From positions 16,516,212 to 16,580,211 of the forward strand of contig CM119271.1 of assembly GCA_051294375.1 (NCBI GenBank): DNA of 64,000 nt, given 5' to 3'. This document shows positions 1 through 11,300 of this stretch, piece after piece. Below the pieces are notes generated by a model. That model had not been told where the DNA came from and ran no database searches. It saw only the letters and a program-made list of their open reading frames with translations. The translations under genes were made by a program, and so were the position numbers. The stretch is from Paraspadella gotoi (taxonomy: Eukaryota; Animalia; Chaetognatha). The first letter of the stretch is position 1; every line of letters starts with the position of its first letter.

Positions 1-43
1 TCCTCTCTCCTCCTATTCTCTCTTTCTCTCTCTTTCTCTCTCT

Positions 44-84
<41 letters not shown>

Positions 85-108
85 TCTCTCTCTCTCACTC
101 CACCCTAC

Positions 109-1025
109 CTCCTTCAAAATCTTCTTCTTCGTCGCCAACACCGAAGTCGCAGCCACGAGCCAACAATTCCCCAACCGCCCTTGAGAGACATCGCCCGAAG
201 AACTTCCATCCACGAACAACTTGGGGTCGTCGCAGATCTCGGATGGACGTTTCCATTCCACGGCGCCAGCCTGTTGGAATTTAAGAACAAGTGGTTGCTC
301 ATTTTTCTTTTGTTTATATCGAACTGGATCAATGTCTGGCTTTTTCTGTCCGAGACGGTGGGTCTTTCAGACTTTCTCTTTCACAAACTGTCCGATGATC
401 ATCACTGGGCGCTATTTTCCGAAAGTTCCCCAGTTCAAGTCATTAATAAAGTATTAAGTTTTAACCAAATATATAATCTTATATATTTTATTCAATCGAT
501 GACTGAATTTTTAATTTTAATTTTAATCCATAACTCTATCCCCTAACCCAAAACCAAAATCTGTTACCCTTATCCAAAACCGAATAACTAACCTGATCTC
601 TAACTTAAATCGCTAACCTAACCAAACCTTAACTGAATCATGAATATAAACCAAACCTATTCTTAACTCTTAACTAAATATTTAAATATTGTCTTAAGAC
701 TATTGTTTATAAACAAATAAACTTTATTTTCTTTTTAATATTTTTATATAAAAATAAATTCTGAATATGAACTGTGTCACCTTTGGAAAACATGGCCCAT
801 CTCTGTATGTCTCCCGCCATATCTTACTCTGTGTCTACATCTGACAGACAGACGGACTGACTGAAACTCTCACAGACAGACAGACCGATCTAGTACCTTT
901 CCCGGCGTAAAGAAAAGACTGGAATCTACGGCTGGGAACTCCGGATCCTCGAAGAGCGTGCCCGAGTCGGTCGAGGATTTTTTGAGGCTCTCAAAGTCTT
1001 GACCTTTAAAGGGTTTGACCGGCAT
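109..1025 (-). CDS. Calpain-5/TRA-3-like cysteine protease, first two coding exons (1025-897, 270-109); the gene continues past the window start
   Basis: Exon 1 is MPVKPFKGQDFESLKKSSTDSGTLFEDPEFPAVDSSLFFTPGK|GT. Exon 2 is AG|AGAVEWKRPSEICDDPKLFVDGSSSGDVSQGRLGNCWLVAATSVLATKKKILKE|GT. Both junctions are phase 0. Calpain motifs LFEDPxFP, WKRP and catalytic QGxLGNCW are present. The short VKPF N-terminus resembles CAPN5/6. Confidence 0.9.
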
Positions 1026-1556
1026 GATGGAGACGAAGGAGGTATGTAATTGGATTCAGTGGTAAAGGACGAGACGTCCGAGGATGTAATTAGATTTAGT
1101 GTTAAAATAATCGTTTGGAAGTAAAAAAGACTTTGGTTTGACTAACGATTTAGTTTATAATGATTTTTGATCTGCGGATTTAAAAAAGTGATTTTAAACA
1201 TTTTATTCAGAAAAAACCATCATGGTAAAAAATACCCGAATAAAAAATACAACTGATTTAAAGAAAATGAGTATTTTCTCTCAGACGAAATACGTCAAAA
1301 CAATAAAATCGTCAAAAGTAAAAAATGGATATAGACATCGGTGTTTTTAAAAAATGGAACGTGGAACAAGTGAGAAAATTTAAAAAACATTTTAATGTCA
1401 TATGAACCAATTCCCAAATCAAAGGTAATGTGATATTGTAATACAAAAACGTGGTGTAAATAAAGTAAAAAAAAGGTGAAAAATTACCCAAACTTTTCCG
1501 TATAAAAACGAAAGAAGGCATGTGACATGACAGTATTAAAAAGAACAAGTCATTAT

Positions 1557-2360
1557 TAACAAGATCGGTCCATCAAATGTGTTGCGCCGCAGTGACTTTC
1601 TTTTCACATGTGATCTCGTGACTATGAAATTTATGTATAACAAACGTCTTATGGTTGATCACTCTGTAAAGTTTCAACTCAAACAACCCGACATTACAAG
1701 AAATATGCCGCATTTACTTTTTGATTTAGATATATTTAGTCAGATAAGTATTCACTAAAATGACTCTGTATTTTGTGAATTATGCCGCATTACATTTTAT
1801 CCCGAGTATTTCCATGTATTTTTGACATGTACTGCATTGGAATTCTCTCTTTTACTTTTTAAAGTTTATATAAGATTTCTTTAAAAAAACAATAGGTAGC
1901 GCTAGCAGTCGCTTAGATTTGAAGGTATTTCCTGTCATAACAAAGTATAGGCGAGTTATGTACTTTTTATCGTAAGTGGGACAGACCGTTGGACAGACAT
2001 ACCGACCGTTCGACAGACCGATCGAAAAATGACTTATAGAGTTGCTCCGCGAGTAATTGCGGCGTAACAAAAAACATAATAACAAGAATGGTAATTAAAA
2101 TGTGTTGCACCGCAGTGACTTTTTCTTCACGTGTATTTATGACACGAATTTCATCGAAATCTTGTCTTTTATTATCTAAAGTTTTAGGATTTCCTGAAGG
2201 CGGTGCTAGCAGTCACTTAGATTGCAGGTTTTTTCCTGTCTTAACAAAAGAGCAACCAACTATAGGCAAATTTTATGCGTTTTCAACATAAGTGTGACAG
2301 ACAGTCGGACAGACAGACCGACCAACAGACCGACCGAAAAGTGACTTATAGACTAACTAA
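1557..2360 (+). mobile_element. Two adjacent HINE/DINE-1-like (Helentron-associated) non-autonomous repeats
   Basis: Both copies start aacaag..aaatgtgttgc(g/a)ccgcagtgactt and contain (GACA/GACC)n runs followed by gacttataga. The first copy ends in the hairpin gttgctccgc-gagtaatt-gcggcgtaac before an A-run. Confidence 0.5.
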
Positions 2361-2568
2361 AAACGAAACAGGAAACATGTACAATTGTTATAAATGTATA
2401 AGTAGTTCCCTCGCTTTTCCTAAAGTAAAAATAATTTCAACCACTTAAATAAAATTTAAACAAATTCAATTCAATTCAATTAAATTCAAAAAACGTCACT
2501 CAAGCCCCTCGGGGCCCTTAGTTGTTTAATTTCATACGGATATCCCATGGTAAACAACCGGATGTAAA

Positions 2569-2763
2569 TCAAGGATCGGGAGGATCGACGACGGAGGATG
2601 AGATCCGGGGTTGCGAGTTCGAGTCCCGTATGTAACCGCGAAAACCGCGAAAGACGGAGATGATGAAGAGGGGGAGGAGAAGGAGGAGGAAGAAGGGGAG
2701 GAGGAAGAGGAAGAGAGGGGTGGGGACGGAGGAGATGGTTTGAGGCATAGGAGAAACAGGCAT
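2569..2763 (-). CDS. Small single-pass membrane protein (64 aa), paralog of 3324-3581
   Basis: MPVSPMPQTISSVPTPLFLFLLPFFLLLLLPLFIISVFRGFRG... An A-rich context precedes the ATG, and basic residues follow the hydrophobic segment. Shares MPVSP and VFR with the neighbouring ORF. Confidence 0.4.
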   Translation of the reverse strand: MPVSPMPQTISSVPTPLFLFLLPFFLLLLLPLFIISVFRGFRGYIRDSNSQPRISSSVVDPPDP

Positions 2764-3323
2764 TTTTTATGGAGAGAGTGAGAGGGAGAGAGAGAGATGG
2801 ATGTTTATGCTTTTTTAATGTTTCTGTTTTTCTCCGCGGAATTTTTGGTCCTTTGGAAACCTCGTCCCAAATAACAACGACGACTGAGGCTTCACAGTAG
2901 TTTGGTGAACGGTCGACAGAGTCCCAATATGTTTTTCTATCAAAACACCGATATTTTGAATGTAGATATTTTTTGAAATTTTAGTTTTAAGTGTAAATTT
3001 GTATTTACGTATATGAATTCCAAACGCAGTTCTAGAAACACGAAACAGATTTTTAAGGCAACAAAAAAAATCAATGAAAAGTCATTTTCAAAAAAGATTG
3101 AAATCAAAAAAAGAGATCGTTGTTTGTTAACAAAACTTCGTTTTCTCGTTAAAATCGTAAAATAAGTAAATTATAAAAAGGGGTTAAAATTTAAAAATTT
3201 GTTTAAAATTTGCTCACTTTTCACGTTATTTTAGTGAAAGACGCCAAACAACAATAATAAACAATATCTTTTCAAATTTTAAAAAATAAATGTAACAATC
3301 ATAAATGAACGTAATGGTGATAG

Positions 3324-3581
3324 TTAAACTTGGTCGGCCGAGGAAAGAATTTTGTTCGATTCTTGATCTGCACCAGTAAACCCGGGGTTCGAAACCCGTT
3401 CCACTCCCCCAGGTCCTAGGTTCGAGACCTGGTCGGAACCGCGTCGTCGCCGGAAGACGAGGAGGAGGAGGAGGAGGAGGAAGAGAAGAGAGGAGACGAG
3501 GAAGAGGGAGAGAAGAGGAGGAGAGAAGGAGGAGGAAGAGGAGGGAGGAGGAAGGGAGGGAGGAACGGGAGAAACTGGCAT
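3324..3581 (-). CDS. Small single-pass membrane protein (85 aa), paralog of 2569-2763
   Basis: The sequence is MPVSPVPPSLPPP...PLLSLFLVSSLLFLLLLLLLVFRRRRG..NPGF.. It has a TM segment with a positive-inside RRRR and sits in a GC-rich island amid AT-rich DNA. Confidence 0.45.
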   Translation of the reverse strand: MPVSPVPPSLPPPSSSSSFSPPLLSLFLVSSLLFLLLLLLLVFRRRRGSDQVSNLGPGGVERVSNPGFTGADQESNKILSSADQV

Positions 3582-4071
3582 CTTTATTTGGTTGTAGGAA
3601 TTTTTTTGATTCAATTGTTCCTTTGCCTTCGTAGTTATCAGTTTGAAACCAAAACTTGAATTTTTAAAAAATGAATTCTGGAAAAATAACATAAATTTAT
3701 TTTATTATAGATACGTTTTTTGTTTAGAAAGAAGAAAACAAAACAGACTATTTTTTTTCGAGCCTTCTTCAGTGCAAATCCGATATTGTTTGCTCAAACT
3801 TATTTAGGTATAGTTTTAAACATAGATAAAATCTGAAATAAAAATATTGGGTAAAGGTTAACCATAATGACTTAAAATTAACTAAGTTTTTTTGAGTCAT
3901 ACATTAATAAAACATTTAGAGATCAACGTCACCAAATTAGTGTAAATGAGAATATAAATTATAAAAACAAAGTAATGAATTCTAAAATAAGAGGATCACA
4001 AGTTTCATGATTGCTTCATGTAAAAGTTTTGAGAGAGTGAAGATCTGTTAATCAAAAGATGCTTTTTAATT

Positions 4072-4131
<60 letters not shown>

Positions 4132-4217
4132 GTTTAAAGAAAAGTCAAAAAGAAAAAAACATTTGTTGATGTTGAGATGAGACAGTTTTTGGTAAGAGAT
4201 ACGAGTGCAGTTTTTTT

Positions 4218-4876
4218 TATCAGCAGATCCCGACTCTATAATCCAATTTGTCGGTCGGTCGGTCCACCCCCTCAATCTTATCGAGCAATCACTTAAATCA
4301 TGTCAGAACATCAAATTATGATTGAAATTTTAAATTATGATAAATTATGCCAAAAAAATGATCCGTCCGACTGTCTGTCCGTCCGTCCCCCTTAGCAAAA
4401 AACTACAATTATTCGTATTTGGACTGATGGATTGGAATGAAATTTTGTGTGTGGGTAGGGAAGTGTGATTGAGCTTGATATAAAGTTTCGATGGAATCGT
4501 GCGAGTAGAAATGAGTTTATTTAAATCTTTTTCTTAATTTGAACCCAAAATTACTATAATTAATCATAATTTAATGGATAAATTAAGATGAAATTTTGTG
4601 TGTGGGTAGGAAAGTGTGTGATGAAGCTGGATCTAAAGTTTCGATGGAATCATAAGAGTGGAAATTAGTTTTAGTGGAAAAAACCAAAGTCAAGTTGACT
4701 TGAATTTTTATTATTTATGCTTCTTCATAATGTTTTTAATTAATTAAATAATTAAAAACTTGAAATTAGTTTTTCAATTAAAATTAATTTCAATTAATTA
4801 ATTAATAAATCATCTGATTAGCTGATAACCGCTTAATTATTGTAGGCAGATCCGACAATGTTTGCTCAAACTTGTT
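4218..4876 (-). mobile_element. HINE/DINE-1-like repeat, family 2
   Basis: gcagatcc(c)gac occurs at both ends, with a (GTCC)n microsatellite and an internal ~115-bp duplication (aattttgtgtgtgggtagg...). The terminus is gtttgctcaaacttgtt. Homologous to 20498-21216 and 47468-48240. Confidence 0.6.
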
Positions 4877-5339
4877 AATTGTATCTCCGACCAAAAACTG
4901 TTTTATCTCAACTGTTTTATCTCAATATATTTCACCTTATTCAAAATTTTATGTTTTTTATTGCATTTTACTCCTTGTTTAGTTTTTTTTTAGGAATCGT
5001 ACATTCTCACAAATAATATGAATTCGATTAAAATAAATTAGTAAAATTCTTTAAAAGTCATCACATTCACTGTGAGTTGTTTAAGTAATAATTGTATTTC
5101 ACTATGGAGAGGCAGGGCAAATACAAAAAAAAACCAATATTTTTGCCAAATATTTCGACTTATTTTTTAAGTCATCATCAGTGGTAAAAGCCTTAACAAG
5201 AATAAAGGTTCCAGGAAAAATAGTGAAATACAATTATTACATAAATTAGTAAAATATTATGAAATTAATTTTCAATGTACCTAACCACGTTAATAAATAA
5301 AAGTTGAGAAATATTCATTCTAACCGATACGTTCATTTG

Positions 5340-8300
5340 TTAGTAGCGTATCTTCTCGTAAGAATCGTTCGTGCTCCTGGCGTCGGACGAGCGAACCAAG
5401 TCTTCTTCGGCGGGAACCGAGGCGACAGTAAATTCGGTTGGAGAGAGGGAAACATTTTCCGTCTGAAACGTGAATGTAAATGTGTCACTGTGAATGAAAT
5501 ATGCAATTGAAACAGTTCATAAAAAATTATATCACTTCATAGACAGAGAATCCAAGTACTTTAAAGTTAATAAACCAGACTAGTAGAAATAAGTTTGAGT
5601 TTATTGGCAACAACGATTTTATTAGTACATAAGGACGTACTAATAAAATCGTTGTTGCAAATAAACTCAAACTTATTTCTACTAATCCAAACACAACGAA
5701 AAGAAAGGAAATTCGCTATAAACCAGACTTTAATAGAGTCTTGATTAAAAGCTTGCAGGGTCTTGGGAGGTTATTATTTTGTAAGTGGGTCCAAAGTTAA
5801 GAGCAAGTTAGTTTATTTGACACAATTTGTTCGTTGTTGTCGTCGTCGTTGTTGTTGTTATCAGATGAGTTTCTACAACTAGTTAATTTTTTTGTATTGG
5901 TTGTACCAACTTCATGTATCAATTGTCAATTGAATTGTTAAATGAATGATATAAACAAATTAATGATTGTATCGATAGCTAAATTTACTAAATCAATCAT
6001 CCAATCAAATCAATCAATCAAACAATTAAATAATTAAATAATTAAAATGAAAAAAATCTTCACTTTCGAGTCTCCCACAACCACTAGCTTATCCGCCAGC
6101 CCCGGACAGCAGCTGGACCAGCAGCAGATTTTCTCCGACGCGGCGACGCAGGGAGGAAGAGTCTCGTCGATCTGCAGCAGACAGCAGACGAGGATGAAGA
6201 GGAGAATAACCGAGACGCAGGTGACCACACCGTAGATTCCTAAATGTAGAAGGGTTGTACAAAACAGTGGAGGCAAAACAGTGAAGGCGAAACAGTTAAG
6301 ACAGTAAACAGTGAAGATTCAAAACATAATTGAGTGAAAAAAAAACTGCAACATTTAAATTTGAAGTGCAAAATTTTTATAGGAAAGATTACTTTTTTAG
6401 AATTATTTTAGATTCTATAAGTATAGTTTATTATTTTCCTTAAGTATATAATTAAATAAAGAAAAGTATTTTTAATTTAAAACAATGAATAAATAGTATA
6501 TTCTGAATATTTAATCTTAAATTAGGTACCTACAGTGGTGGGACCCTGTATCGAGACAAAACTTAACGTCCTGCCCTGTCTGAACGATTTGAGATACAAT
6601 AATAAAATGAGTAGCAAAAGTTTTTTCTGGCTTTTTACTTTTATATACAATGAAACAAAACAAATATTTTAAGCAACTACAAGGCGTCGTGGTTGTCTTC
6701 AAAACATTTAGTCGTTTTTATTGCATACGGTAAAAGCCATACTTGTTAATAGTTTTCCGTGATTGTTACTGAATATGATAGTGGTATGTCTTATCTTCAA
6801 TTCATCTGATTTTAAGTTTTTCATCACTAGTCAAATTAAACCTATTTAATTTTTTTTCAGGTAAGTAAAACAAAATTTTAGGAAAGATTTTAACAAATAT
6901 ACTTAAATAAAATATTTTATACATTTCTTATCTTTTTCACACTTTTATTATGCTTACATGATTAATTTAATTATCTGACAATATCGTTAATAATTTTTTT
7001 GATAAAAATAAGTTTTAATAAAAAAGTAAACCATAACAGTAATTCACCGAACCTTACCTGCTTACTTCAAAATTTTTTAAACCAAAATGTAATGTACATC
7101 TTGCCAGAAGCATTATTATACTACAGATAAGTACTTCCAAAAATATTTTAACTGTTATGCATTAGAATGAGATTATAAGTATTAAGGCGTAGTAAAATTT
7201 CTAAATTTAACTTTAATTAAAATTCTAAAAGTGAGGAACGAACAACATTATACTATGGTAGACGAGAATCTCGATTTAAAAAGATTCAACATTTTCTTAT
7301 AGAGATTTCCGTTCTCAAATCTGACTACCCAAATTGCAAACGCGATTGCCAAAAATCCGGGATAAATCAGTTGTAAAAACGCAGGATTCCGATAGCGTTA
7401 CATCTGAAGAGCTTGTCCTATTCGTTTTTTCACATTTGATGAAGGATTTGATATCAAACAAGCCAGGGGAATGCACTCCTCATAGTCAGAGAATTTTCAA
7501 ACCTCATTTTTACTATAGAAATGAAAGGGAAAGTTTACAAACGAAAATTGCAAACGGGATTGCTATATGTTCCTGTTACATGAGAGACTTCGAATTTCGC
7601 GATTCCGATAGCTTTGTGTCTGAATAGCGGTCCTATTTTTCTTTTTTCATTTATTAATGATTTTGACATAAAATGATCAGGTTTAAATGAAATAGTCTGG
7701 TTTGAATCGCGAAATTTTTATTTAAAAAGAAATTAAAAGGAAGGTTGAGAAAAAAACTGATTTTTCCTAATATTCTTTGAAGGAATAAAGATAAAGGGAT
7801 GGCAATAGTACCAAAATGAAGCCATAATCATAGGGCACTTACAAGATACAATTTTAGAATTACTTTTACTGAAAACCTCCTTACAGGGTAAGTGTCAAAC
7901 TAAGTCAAAATTATAATGAATTTTTAAAACTAATGACACCCCATAAGAATAAATGAAAATTAAATATATTTTTAATGATTCTGAAAGAAAAAAGGCTAAA
8001 TTGTACTCTAGTAAAACTTTAAGTTTTTTGGATAAAGAAAATGTGAATTTTTTGTCACTTAAATATTTGCTTGTCTGATTTTACAAGCATGCTTACAAAA
8101 TTCTACAAAATATTATTTACCCAATCACAGCCTAAGTATTTATCCTTCTTTTCCACCAGCAAAAAGTAAACATTATCTTATTGAAGAAACAGGGATGTTT
8201 ACTGAAAGGAGCTGGAAGACATTCAACTTCTTCACTTTGATGTTATTTTTCAATAATAAAATAAGCGATTTTTTAATTATTTAACTCTCACAGGCTTCAT

Positions 8301-11300
8301 AAGATATTACACTTTCATAATATCCCAATTAATGTAATTTATTATATTTTTTACCCAGATATCATAAAATAACAGAAAGTTGTGGATTCCCTTCGCTCGT
8401 TTAAGAAAAAAAAATTACTAGCGGAATTATAAGTTTGTAAGAGAAGTCAGAATCGGCGAAAATCTTAAAAGGCTAGAATGTTGAAAAAAGGAGACTAAAA
8501 TCCACCAACCGTTCATCAGCGGCCATTGGTGCCGGAGGCAAGTCATTCTCCTCCCATCCCAAAGGACCGGGGTTCTAGCCGCGGTGGTCGTCTGGCAGTT
8601 AAGAGAGACGCGGCGCTTAACCCGCCGTAACATGGTGTTACAGCCTGATCCGAAACGCAGGGACTGCTTTATATTGAACGTTCTGTCTTTAACACATAAC
8701 AATAATTACTGTCTCTTCATTGTGAGCCCACTTCCGAACACAACAGCAACAACAACACTTTCAGGCGACATGCCTCAACCTGGCGATGCACTTCTGCCCA
8801 CAACACATCAGGCGACATGCTTCAACTTGGTGACGAACTTTCCACCAACAACAATTCACTGAAGGACGCAAATGACTTCTCCCTACGGGAGGGTGGATGT
8901 ATGGTGGACTAAAATCCACCAACCGTTCATCAGCGGCCATTGGTGCCGGAGGCAAGTTATTCGCCTCCCAACCCAAAGGTCCGGGGTTCTTGCCCGGTGG
9001 TTGTCTGGCAGTTAAGAGGGACGGGGCGCTTAACCCGCCTGTAACATGCCAGTTTACAGCCTGATCCGAAGCTCAGGGACTGCTTTATTGAATGGTTCTG
9101 TCTTTAACACATATCAATAATTACTGTCTCTTCAATACTAATGAAAATTTATGTATAAAAAAAATTTATAATAAATTTTACAATTTACGCAGTAGGCTAT
9201 ATTTATACTAGTATTAATCCAATAAATGTTAAAATTTCAAAACAGTTTTTTCTAAGATTTTTTTGCAGATTTGGATTCGTCATAAAAAGTTGATGAAAAG
9301 AAATATAACTCTTTTTAAAAAATTCCTTTATTAAGTTGGCAAAAATTTAGAAAAAGCTATATTTTAAGGTGAAAATTAATTTTTTATATATTAAATATGT
9401 GGATAAGGCGCTACTTGGGCTGAAGATGACTGTCCGTAACTTCTATAACCCCCTCTAGCAGCCATGGAACGGGTCCCTGGGCTTGGAACCAGGCTTGAGG
9501 GTTTGCCATGCCCCCAAGGCGGCTTACGGCCATCCTCACGCTTCCCATAGGGTAGGTACCGGGTTGGGATTGAATCCGGTACCTAGTGGTCATGAGCTGA
9601 TGGCTTTACTCAATGAGCCACCGGGTCACAACTGACAGAGTCATTCTTATAGGCGGGGTGAACCTAGGCAATGCCCGACTACATGCCCCCAGATTGTAAC
9701 CCACCCTGCACTGCTTCCAGTGGAGGGAGGGGAGCAATCTTCAGCTAGACCAAGGGCCTGGAATCAGAAGGTTGGAATACGCTCGACAGGATGGGCTCAC
9801 CAGTGTGGATAAGGCGCTACGTGAGCTGAAGATGACTGTCCGTAACTTCTATAACCCCCTCTAGCAGCCATGGAACGGGTCCCTGGGCTTGGAACCAGGC
9901 TTGAGGGTTTGCCATGCCCCCAAGGTGGCTTACGGCCATCCTCACGCTTCCCACAGGGTAGGTACCTAGTGGTCATGAGCTGATGGCTGATGAGCCACCG
10001 GGTCACAACTGAAAGTGTCATGATTCTAGGCGGGGTGAACCTAGTCAATGCCCGACTACAAATATAGTTTTTTAATTTTTAACCCACTTAATGAAAGAAT
10101 TTTTAAAAATGATTTATATTTTCTTTTATCAACTTTTGACGAGGAATTCAAATCTGCAATCAAAATTAAGAAAAGCCTATTTTGAAATTTTTAGATTTTA
10201 TAAATATAGTCTACTGCAAAAATTAAAAAAACATAAAATTATTTTTTTTTACAAATTAATGTTCACTGATGGTATGTTGTTCATAATTGACTTTTAGAAT
10301 TTCCGTACGTAACTTTCACTAAGTATCCAAAGCGCATGGAGAAAACTGAACAAAAAAAGCATAAAATCAAAGAATTTAAAAGCTAAGAAAGAGTATTATA
10401 CAAATATTTATTCAGATTTTAAAAATCATTAAGAATTTTAGAGTAATGATTTTTTAAACTTTGTCTCGATATATGGTCCCACCACTGTATTAGCCTCATT
10501 TATTATATTTGTAAATCCATGAAGAGGAGAGGAAGAATAAGGTTTTAAGGAAAACGAGGAATTGTGGTAAATCCTAAATTCGCCTCCCGTATAGCAAGGT
10601 GAAAGTCAGCTCGTCCCATTAGCTTGGACAGCTAAGTACTCGTTCACCAGCCGTGAGTTCCGCGTTCAATCCCCTCACAGTCACGCTGGTTAAAATCTGA
10701 TAGTGTCGTCATAAACACCCCAGTGACATGGGGTAGTCACTGCAGGTCCAAACCCCTGAGCGCCAGCTGTCGGGAGATGCCTCTCACCACTGTCATCACT
10801 CCTGTCCCTCCGTTGCCATAAAATCACCAAAAAAAGATTAATTAACTCTTTGTTATATTTTTAAATAAAAGTTGATCTTTTTTTTATTCGTACTTCCTTT
10901 ACCCTTTCAACCCAAACCATTTCTTACCAGCCATCGCCTCAGACGCTTCTGCTTTCTCCATCCAATCCTCAGAAATTCGAAAAGTGACGCTACAAGGTTT
11001 CGGCGCCGGACCGACGAATCCTATTTCCGGCAAAGAGCAGACGAACGTCGTCGTCGTCGTCTTCGGCGCAAAATGGAATTCGGCCGACATTTGTCGTCCG
11101 TTGTCTGTATTGGTGAATGTGAGTTCGTGTTTGTCGTTATTGAGATCCTGGTTATGAGAAAATTTTATGGTATAGTATTGTTTAAACTTTATAGTATAGT
11201 ATTCTCTGATGTTATACTTAAGCTAAAAGGAGTGGTCACTTTATCTAAAAAAAATTCAAAGACAGGTACTCTAGAAGTGAATAAACGAGACTGTGAGAAG

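Larger units (their letters stand above)
6533..10487. mobile_element. Non-autonomous Tc1/mariner-type TIR element (3.95 kb) in an intron of receptor paralog 1, hosting two nested TRIMs
   Basis: The left TIR is CAGTGGTGGGACCCTGTATCGAGACAAA and the right (reverse complement) is CAGTGGTGGGACCATATATCGAGACAAA. TA flanks both sides. No transposase ORF was recognised. Confidence 0.75.

Noticed and set aside
8520-8590. tRNA genes at the tRNA-like segments (also ~9560-9625 and ~41655-41730)
   Set aside because: The cloverleaf stems are not intact and the segments are embedded in LTRs of repeats.
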